Source: a virus. From it: DNA of 64,000 bases. The notes beneath the pieces are model-generated. The model was not told where the DNA came from, made no database searches, and saw only the letters and a program-made list of their open reading frames with translations. Below are positions 57,114 through 64,000 of this stretch, one piece after another. The stretch is taken from the IMG/VR virus record IMGVR_UViG_3300025450_000013. One strand, 5' to 3'. The translations under genes were made by a program, and so were the position numbers. How positions within the stretch are numbered: position 1 is the first letter of the stretch; every line of letters starts with the position of its first letter.

Positions 57114-59507
57114 TTACCTCTGATCCACTGTTACACGGCTGCTATCAGCTGTTGGTACCGATTCATCTGTTGTAATCATAGCAAAGTATTCAATATTATC
57201 CCCATGGTCTACTGTATATTGTGCAGCATCCAAAGAAATAATGAGATTTCTAGTATGAACACCAGATTGAATAGCGGAGTTAATGACATTAACGGTATTC
57301 ATTAAAGTCTGGTTATTATCTTCAAACAGATATTCACCGTAAAGTTTAAAACCAGCAGGATGAATTAAATCTTTTAAAGGTTTTCTATATTTATTTAAGG
57401 GTTCTGAAATCTTTACAACGTAAGAATAATTCTGATAATAATCTCTATTTTGAATAACATAAGGTGAACTCAACTGGCCTGCCTGATCAAGGTATCGGCC
57501 TGGATAGGTGTAAATGCCTGTAACAATATTAGCATATGCCTGAGCAGTACCGTCACCTTGTGTTGATAGATCAAGGATTGGTGGGTATTGGTAACCTAAA
57601 CCACCTGAAATAATTTTAAGTGAAGCAATAGATCCGATAACGTTTGAATATGCATTTAGAACCGCGTCATCTGCAATAACTGCTGAGACAACGATATTAG
57701 CACCTACACCATTTGCAGTATTGATTACCGCAGTAGGAAGCATATCTGCACGATAACCATAACCACCAGGTAACATACCTGGATCTGCTATGAAGTTTAC
57801 TTGCTGAATTGTTCCATTAGCATCTACAACCGATACCTGACCGTTAGCACCATAACCGTATGTTCCGTGAGGATTGACAAATAGTATTTGATCACCGTTA
57901 GCATAACCGAACCCACCATTGGCAATGTCCATTCTACCTAGGATTCCTATAGAACGAACAGTGGTATTTGATAGCACCGAAACTGTAGGTAATTCAACAT
58001 ATCCAGTACCTGGATTTTCAATGGCAGTAGCAATAATTGGTCCGCAAGGTCCATATGTCCAATAATTAAAAGAATTGGCTAATATTGTATTAGCATTTGG
58101 TTTCTTTAAAACAGTAAATGAAACGTTATTGAGACCGCCGGCAAGACCTGGTTCAATTGTTAGGTACCAATCATATTTGTTACTTGCTACGATATATTGA
58201 TACGTATCTTGGACAAAAAGAACATCACCAGTTTCAAAATAAACGTTTGAATTGGCTAAGTTTTTATTTAATGTTACTTCATTTATCCTACTACCAAATT
58301 CGGTACTAATATCAAGATTTGATGTGGTTGTATAAATGGTTGCTAAGTTGGTGTATGCTTGAGTTTCCCATATATCACCTATAGCATTTTGAATTATAGT
58401 ATCAGCAACTTGATCAATAGTTGAACCAATAATTTTGTAATTTGCAGCATGGTAATGTTCTAGTGTATCAACAGAATACACATTAGCCGCGGCATTTGAA
58501 CCACCACCACCTACGAACAATAATTGGTCATTTGCTTTATAACCTGCACCAGCAAAAATCACACTGACATTTTTGATTTTACCTTCAAGATGACTTTTAG
58601 CAACTTTACCAATAATGATCTGCCCACCAAACCCAAATTCTAATGTTCCGTTTGAAACACCTTGACCAAATTGATTAGTTGGTATTACAGGTACAGATGC
58701 ACCTTCAACATAACCAGAACCTGGAGATGTAACAGTGGTACTAGTAATAATACCAGAATAAACATTAGCAGACAGAGTTTTAAAAATGCCTTGATCTTCA
58801 ATTGTTGCAGTAATTGCCTCACCATCTAAGAAGTCTTTTAATACATTTGATAATACCAATTCAGTTACTAGAACACCGTTTTGATAATATGGATTAACAC
58901 TCTCTACTGTTGCAGAAGAATTTGATGTAGCACCAGTAATTGTGGTATTAACAAACCTAGAAAATGCAATACTATTAGCAACGTTATTAACGGTAACGTT
59001 TTTAATGTTAAGGGTTCTTTGTATAAACCAATTACCATCCGAGGCTTTTAAAATATTATTTTGTGGATAATAAACAGAAGATTCTTTGTTAAAAAGAATA
59101 CGTGTTAAAAATCTGATAGATTTTTCTGAACCTCTAGAACGATAGAAATCCTTAGAATGTTTAAGAACTGTTATAGGATTCGCTAATAAATCTGAAGGAA
59201 TAAATTTACTAAAGTTATTGAAAATTTGAGTGTTTAGAAGATGATATTTTTCATCTTCAGGTACCGAAAAAGCAAATTCATGACTAAATCTATTTTCAAC
59301 TTGATCTTCTAGATAATCTTCATTTAATGTATCAACATCAAAGAAGTCAGGAAATCTTTTGGTGGTATACATCAAACCACCATCTTGTTCCAAGAACTTA
59401 TAATAAGCCTCTAAAAACTCAACAAACCTAGGATGGTCCCTTCTTACAAACTCAGGAACTTGTGTATTGACTAAGTATGATGTTTTATTATTGGATGAAT
59501 CAACCAT
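57114..59507 (-). CDS. gp7: Baseplate wedge initiator
   Basis: QVPEFV...FVEFLEAYY, KDFYRSRGSE.S, LKASDG.W, IQ..DYYQ.YSYV, HPAG.KL.GE; between gp6 and gp8. Confidence 0.85.
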   Translation of the reverse strand: MVDSSNNKTSYLVNTQVPEFVRRDHPRFVEFLEAYYKFLEQDGGLMYTTKRFPDFFDVDTLNEDYLEDQVENRFSHEFAFSVPEDEKYHLLNTQIFNNFSKFIPSDLLANPITVLKHSKDFYRSRGSEKSIRFLTRILFNKESSVYYPQNNILKASDGNWFIQRTLNIKNVTVNNVANSIAFSRFVNTTITGATSNSSATVESVNPYYQNGVLVTELVLSNVLKDFLDGEAITATIEDQGIFKTLSANVYSGIITSTTVTSPGSGYVEGASVPVIPTNQFGQGVSNGTLEFGFGGQIIIGKVAKSHLEGKIKNVSVIFAGAGYKANDQLLFVGGGGSNAAANVYSVDTLEHYHAANYKIIGSTIDQVADTIIQNAIGDIWETQAYTNLATIYTTTSNLDISTEFGSRINEVTLNKNLANSNVYFETGDVLFVQDTYQYIVASNKYDWYLTIEPGLAGGLNNVSFTVLKKPNANTILANSFNYWTYGPCGPIIATAIENPGTGYVELPTVSVLSNTTVRSIGILGRMDIANGGFGYANGDQILFVNPHGTYGYGANGQVSVVDANGTIQQVNFIADPGMLPGGYGYRADMLPTAVINTANGVGANIVVSAVIADDAVLNAYSNVIGSIASLKIISGGLGYQYPPILDLSTQGDGTAQAYANIVTGIYTYPGRYLDQAGQLSSPYVIQNRDYYQNYSYVVKISEPLNKYRKPLKDLIHPAGFKLYGEYLFEDNNQTLMNTVNVINSAIQSGVHTRNLIISLDAAQYTVDHGDNIEYFAMITTDESVPTADSSRVTVDQR

Positions 59508-61582
59508 TATGCTTGTGGAACCATATTTAACTGAACAGCTTGAATATTATTTGTATCAATAGCCAACAATCTATTTCTTAAAGGAGGTATAACGGTTAGC
59601 TCAGGAACAACGTTTACTGTTAATATATCCTGATCATAGTATGGATTTAAAACCAATCCTAATACATTAAAACTTGTTAATGTGATAATACCATTTAGAT
59701 AATCAATTGTTCCTGCATTATTATTAACATATACTTTTTGACCGTTTGTAGCATAATAATACGATCTGAGAGTACCTTTATTTGCTGCTAATGTCACAGA
59801 AAGGGATGCTTCAGTACCAGTCAAATCGGTAATATTAGCATATGCTACAGTATAATTAACACCTGGATTAGTGATAACGACACTAATTATTCTTCCATTT
59901 AAAATGGATGCAGCTGCTGTGGCCCCTGTTCCATCACCTGTAATGGTAACAGTTGGATTGATATAGTTAAAACCAGGGTTAACAATTGATATTGAACCTA
60001 TACCAGTATATGCCTGAGGTACTTCTTCCAGATATACGTTCTGTGGGTTTCCGGCTGAGTCAGGAACTGTGACTTGAGGATATGTATATAGTTTCTGATA
60101 CTGGTCACCTTTTCTAATAGGTGTGTTGAAATTAATTGTATAAGACTGAGTTGTTCCTGGTACCAGCTTAGCTCTGTTTTGTAAATAGATATTAATATCA
60201 GATGCGGTGATAGATGGATCGGAACTTTCAATAAAATTTTGTAATTTAGACAAAATGAATGTTGACTGGAAATTATACAAATATTGTTGAGCATATTTAA
60301 AAATTGCTGAAGAAACTTCATTTGCAAGATATGCAGATGACTGAGTTGTTAAAGATGGATTGTAATAAACATTTCCTTGTACCTGAACAAAAATATATTC
60401 TGGGTCAATAATCTCTGGAATAACAGTCAATACGTTTCTATTCTTGGTCAAATAGTTTTTAATGTTTTGTTTTTCCAACTGAGTTAGTGTATAATAACCA
60501 CGGGTCTTTAGTGATAGATAAACTTTACCATAAACAGGTGGAATGTTTTCTTCACCACCCCAAACAGACACAGCCTCAATATCTGGAAAGTCTTTTGTAA
60601 CCAATGCTTCATAATCGTTTACTGTAACGCAACGGTTTTGTGCAGTATAAAAGTATGGAGCACGGAATCGGATGGCCTCAATGTCTTCTTTATTGGTACC
60701 ACCATATGATCCAATTGAGGTGGTAACTTTAACATTACTTCTAAACAGTCCTGCAATAGGATCGGTGAAAATATATTTCTGAATACCATTAGCAATGGCA
60801 CCAACCGTATCAAGATATGTTACCTGTATAATATTACCATTGGAAGGAGGATTACCTAGAATACCATCACCAAAGTAGATTGTATAGTTTAGGTCTTGGT
60901 CTTCTTCCAAAAAATATACAGTAGAGTTGGCTTGAATTTGTGTAAGGTCTTGTGCTTGGAAATATTGTGTCGTCTGTGTATTTGATGCTGATTCCTGGAC
61001 AGTAACGGTCAATGTGGAGGTGTCAACGTTAGCAGATGGAATCTGATATCGGCCTGTAAGGTTATTAGCAGTGACCAAATACTGATAGGTCATAACCTCA
61101 CCTTGTTTAATCACAACGTTAGCAAATGTGAATGAACCATTAACCTTATATGCGGTATTAGCATTTACTGTAGCAAATGGATAATTGACACCATTAATAT
61201 CGGATCCAACCAATCTGGTATATTGGTTCATAATAATATAACTGACGATTGGATTTTCACTAGCACCAGGTGTTACTTTAACATTAACCAAAGATTGTGC
61301 ACCGTGTGCGGATTCTGGAACGTAGTTAATCAACTTTGCATGTGAAAGGATATTCTTACGATCCTGTGCGGTATCAAGAAACGCTTCATTAGCAATCATA
61401 TTGAGATAGAAAGCATTATAATAGGTGTTATATGCCAAAATATCCAATAGAATAGACATACCAGAACCAGCAAAGTTATAATCGCTGAAGGTATCCTGAC
61501 TTTGTAGAAAGGTAATAAGATTATTCTTAATGGTGGAAAAATCTAAATCTGTTACCCTAAGTGATGTATTGCCGGTTGCCAT
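59507..61582 (-). CDS. gp6: Baseplate wedge subunit
   Basis: LDF..IK.NL, DY.F.GSG.S.LLD.LAYNTYY, IYFGDG..G, QNRCVT..DY, VWGGE...PP.YGKV. Confidence 0.96.
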   Translation of the reverse strand: MATGNTSLRVTDLDFSTIKNNLITFLQSQDTFSDYNFAGSGMSILLDILAYNTYYNAFYLNMIANEAFLDTAQDRKNILSHAKLINYVPESAHGAQSLVNVKVTPGASENPIVSYIIMNQYTRLVGSDINGVNYPFATVNANTAYKVNGSFTFANVVIKQGEVMTYQYLVTANNLTGRYQIPSANVDTSTLTVTVQESASNTQTTQYFQAQDLTQIQANSTVYFLEEDQDLNYTIYFGDGILGNPPSNGNIIQVTYLDTVGAIANGIQKYIFTDPIAGLFRSNVKVTTSIGSYGGTNKEDIEAIRFRAPYFYTAQNRCVTVNDYEALVTKDFPDIEAVSVWGGEENIPPVYGKVYLSLKTRGYYTLTQLEKQNIKNYLTKNRNVLTVIPEIIDPEYIFVQVQGNVYYNPSLTTQSSAYLANEVSSAIFKYAQQYLYNFQSTFILSKLQNFIESSDPSITASDINIYLQNRAKLVPGTTQSYTINFNTPIRKGDQYQKLYTYPQVTVPDSAGNPQNVYLEEVPQAYTGIGSISIVNPGFNYINPTVTITGDGTGATAAASILNGRIISVVITNPGVNYTVAYANITDLTGTEASLSVTLAANKGTLRSYYYATNGQKVYVNNNAGTIDYLNGIITLTSFNVLGLVLNPYYDQDILTVNVVPELTVIPPLRNRLLAIDTNNIQAVQLNMVPQA

Positions 61583-61990
61583 TTATCGGATTCTCTCTAA
61601 GAATAATGTTGATACTACTGGTAAATCTCTATTTATTATGGTATATTGCAAAGTGACATTAAAAGCATAATTTTGTTGATCTTCGGTTACCGTAACACTT
61701 TGTAAACTAACTCTTGGTTCAAAGTTATTTATAACTGCTGAAATAGCGTCTTGGAGGTATATTGCAGTCAAAGGAGTAATGAGATCAAACAATAGAGCAT
61801 TGGTATCTGAACCAATATATGATTGAAACTTCCTCTCATAGAAATTGGTTAGAATTAAATTCCTAACTGATCGCTTAATGTCTTGAACACCATTTAGTAT
61901 GTTAATATCACCAGTAGAAGGATTAATAACAAAATCCAGATCCAAATCTGAATAGTCTGGTTCTCTACTTACGAATGGAGTGGTAGCCAT
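61583..61990 (-). CDS. gp25: Baseplate wedge subunit
   Basis: YSDLDL.F, IKRSVRNLILT...ER.F, I.NFEPRV, LERIR. Confidence 0.95.
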   Translation of the reverse strand: MATTPFVSREPDYSDLDLDFVINPSTGDINILNGVQDIKRSVRNLILTNFYERKFQSYIGSDTNALLFDLITPLTAIYLQDAISAVINNFEPRVSLQSVTVTEDQQNYAFNVTLQYTIINRDLPVVSTLFLERIR

Positions 61991-62011
61991 GGAAGTCCCT
62001 TAATGTTTCCT

Positions 62012-62019
62012 TATTTAGC
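62012..62019 (-). promoter_or_regulatory. Late promoter (GCTAAATA) upstream of gp25
   Basis: TAAATA core in the gap. Confidence 0.5.
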
Positions 62020-63327
62020 TTACAACCAACTGTTTATTTCTGAAGATGCATCTGGTTCTTGTGTTGGTTGATTTGCTTGTGTGCCTTGCAATGTTGGTGG
62101 TGTTTGTGCTTGTGAAGCCTCAGTAATATTAAATGGTAAACTTATACCTAACGCTGACATTATAGTTGCGATACCACCATTAAGATTGAGTAATGAACCC
62201 AAAGAATCCAAAGCAACACCAGCACTTCCTGCCATACCAAGTAATCCACTTAAAGCATTAATATTTAAAGTTCCACCTGCAATATTTGTAGCACCAGCTG
62301 GCGCTCTAATTTCAACACTACCGGTGGTGGCGGTGTGTGAAATACTACCGGTCTGTGCAGTATGGATAATATGTCCGCTAGTAGCGGTATGTGAAATACC
62401 TGCACCTGCTTTGGTAGATTTTTGTCCCGTAATATCTTTTGTTTCATTCATACCAATCATTTTATTAACACTACCTTGAACTTTTCGCATTTCATCATGT
62501 GCTACCATTGTATGCAGGCCTGCGGCATCAACTAATACCTTCTTTTGATATAATGATCCTGGAGTTCCAACTCCATATTTGTGGTGCGGCCCACCTACTG
62601 TGCTTAAAGAATAATAAGTTCCATTAAATGTTTTACCACTATTCTGATACATATCGCCAGCGCCGGCCATAACAAATTTGCTACTCTTACCTAAAGCATG
62701 AACTCCAAGATCACCTGATGCAGCCACTACCTGAACCTTACCTTTACCAGTAGATGCTAAAGCCGTATCACCACTGGCCAAATATGTCTGGGCACCTTGA
62801 GAATTATATGTCAAACTACCTTCAACTCTTTTATTTACGGTTTTGGCCTCGGTGTCCATGGTACCGCGAATAGAACGATTGAGGTTCTTGGCAGTCATAT
62901 TCATATTACCTAAAACGGTAAGGTTATAATCTTTATGAACCGTGACGTTATAATCACCATAAACACGGAAAGAGGCATCACCTTTTACTGTAATATCCTG
63001 TGCACCTGATACTGTAACACGGTCTTCACCAAAAACTACCTCATACTTACCGTTATGTGTAGTCATTGTAACACCACCATCTGGTTTCATTTGAATAGCA
63101 GAACCAGAACGGTGTTGTAAGGTTACAGTTTCATTACCTGGTGTATCATCCATAATAAAAGAATGGCCGGACCTGGTCTTGTGTGACCAATAATTAGGAT
63201 AAGTTCCACCACCTTGTTCTGAACGAGCATCTTTATTTACAGTAAAGGCTTTAGGTGTTGTACCTGCTGTATCACTATTAAAAGGATCGGAAGTTGCAAA
63301 ATCCACACTACCTGTTACGTCACTCAT
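62020..63327 (-). CDS. gp5: Baseplate central spike, gp5 C-terminal beta-helix part only
   Basis: YP....TRSGH....DDTPGNE...L.HRSG.....PDG then V.G repeats; no OB-fold or lysozyme domain. Confidence 0.8.
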   Translation of the reverse strand: MSDVTGSVDFATSDPFNSDTAGTTPKAFTVNKDARSEQGGGTYPNYWSHKTRSGHSFIMDDTPGNETVTLQHRSGSAIQMKPDGGVTMTTHNGKYEVVFGEDRVTVSGAQDITVKGDASFRVYGDYNVTVHKDYNLTVLGNMNMTAKNLNRSIRGTMDTEAKTVNKRVEGSLTYNSQGAQTYLASGDTALASTGKGKVQVVAASGDLGVHALGKSSKFVMAGAGDMYQNSGKTFNGTYYSLSTVGGPHHKYGVGTPGSLYQKKVLVDAAGLHTMVAHDEMRKVQGSVNKMIGMNETKDITGQKSTKAGAGISHTATSGHIIHTAQTGSISHTATTGSVEIRAPAGATNIAGGTLNINALSGLLGMAGSAGVALDSLGSLLNLNGGIATIMSALGISLPFNITEASQAQTPPTLQGTQANQPTQEPDASSEINSWL

Positions 63328-63339
63328 TTAATTATTCCT

Positions 63340-63999
63340 TTATTGTGTTGTTACCGAGAAAGATGAAGCTGCTTGTTGTAGAATAGAGGTTACATCTCCA
63401 CCTTGTTGTGTTGTTTTATTTACTTGATTTTGTGTTTGTGCATTATCATTTGATGTTAGGTCTTGGTGTAGTTGTTTAGCATTTTGTTCTTGTGTCATTG
63501 CCAAACGTTTCCACATTTCTTGCATAGTTTGAGATGCTGTACCGAATATGCTACCAAAAGATGAACTGCCAGATCCTCCTCCACCTCCACTAGATGATGC
63601 AGGAGCACTAACTGCGGCACCACCTCCACCTGTATTAGGGCTAAAATAAGTATTAGCATAATGTATTTGAGAATTAGCATTTGCATAGGTTACTGTAATA
63701 TATCCGTTTGAATAAACCTTTTGTGTACCGACACCCCACGCATTGTCTATCTGAACCAAAACAGTATCAAGAGGTTCGCTTAATGTAGAATCCCACTGTA
63801 GTTGTTGTAGGACATTCATAAGGTCATCAATATTAGTAACCTGACTTAGTAATTGAACCGCACTTTCTAAATATGAACCATAGTGAACTGCACCACCTAC
63901 AACATATCCAACACCACTTGTTTCATGTGATTGAATTAATAAACTAAGACTATTAAGAGCAGCCTGCATATTTGGAGGAAGTGCATCTAAGATATCCTG
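63340..63999 (-). CDS. Baseplate-region hypothetical protein, N-terminus outside window
   Basis: Frame remains open from 63969 to the window edge. Confidence 0.6.
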   Translation of the reverse strand, partial: QDILDALPPNMQAALNSLSLLIQSHETSGVGYVVGGAVHYGSYLESAVQLLSQVTNIDDLMNVLQQLQWDSTLSEPLDTVLVQIDNAWGVGTQKVYSNGYITVTYANANSQIHYANTYFSPNTGGGGAAVSAPASSSGGGGGSGSSSFGSIFGTASQTMQEMWKRLAMTQEQNAKQLHQDLTSNDNAQTQNQVNKTTQQGGDVTSILQQAASSFSVTTQ

Positions 64000-64000
64000 A

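Noticed and set aside
1-64000. Stop-codon reassignment, tRNAs, rRNA, introns
   Set aside because: Core genes are full length in the standard code, with TAG used as a stop (e.g. 36439); intergenic gaps are too short for RNA genes; gp17, gp18 and gp20 are uninterrupted

Overview
This 64 kb window is the virion-morphogenesis region of a large T4-like myophage. It is AT-rich, uses the standard genetic code, and is almost entirely on the minus strand. Read in the direction of transcription: split gp5-like spike, gp25, gp6, gp7, gp8, a VrlC/DUF4815-like protein carrying a mini-intein, a long array of Ala/Asn-rich fibre genes and tip proteins, gp13-15, more fibres, gp16-20, then prohead-core/internal-protein genes with a GIY-YIG homing endonuclease. 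Two accessory islands interrupt the core order (between gp8/VrlC and gp13, and between gp15 and gp16). In both, putative receptor-binding tip proteins are directly followed by tailoring enzymes. (i) A 28-blade RCC1 protein is followed by two TPR/GT9-like glycosyltransferases, which converge on a plus-strand ADP-heptose operon (hldE, cupin, HAD, hldD, methyltransferases, GT25). (ii) A gp38-like adhesin with four length-matched ~28-triplet Gly-rich arms is followed by a 2OG-Fe(II) oxygenase. (iii) A Gly-rich tip protein is followed by an adenylate-forming enzyme and a cytochrome P450. The best candidate for an undescribed system is phage-encoded post-translational decoration of tail adhesins (heptosylation/methylation, hydroxylation, acylation/oxidation). 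All family calls come from motif recognition by eye; no searches were run.
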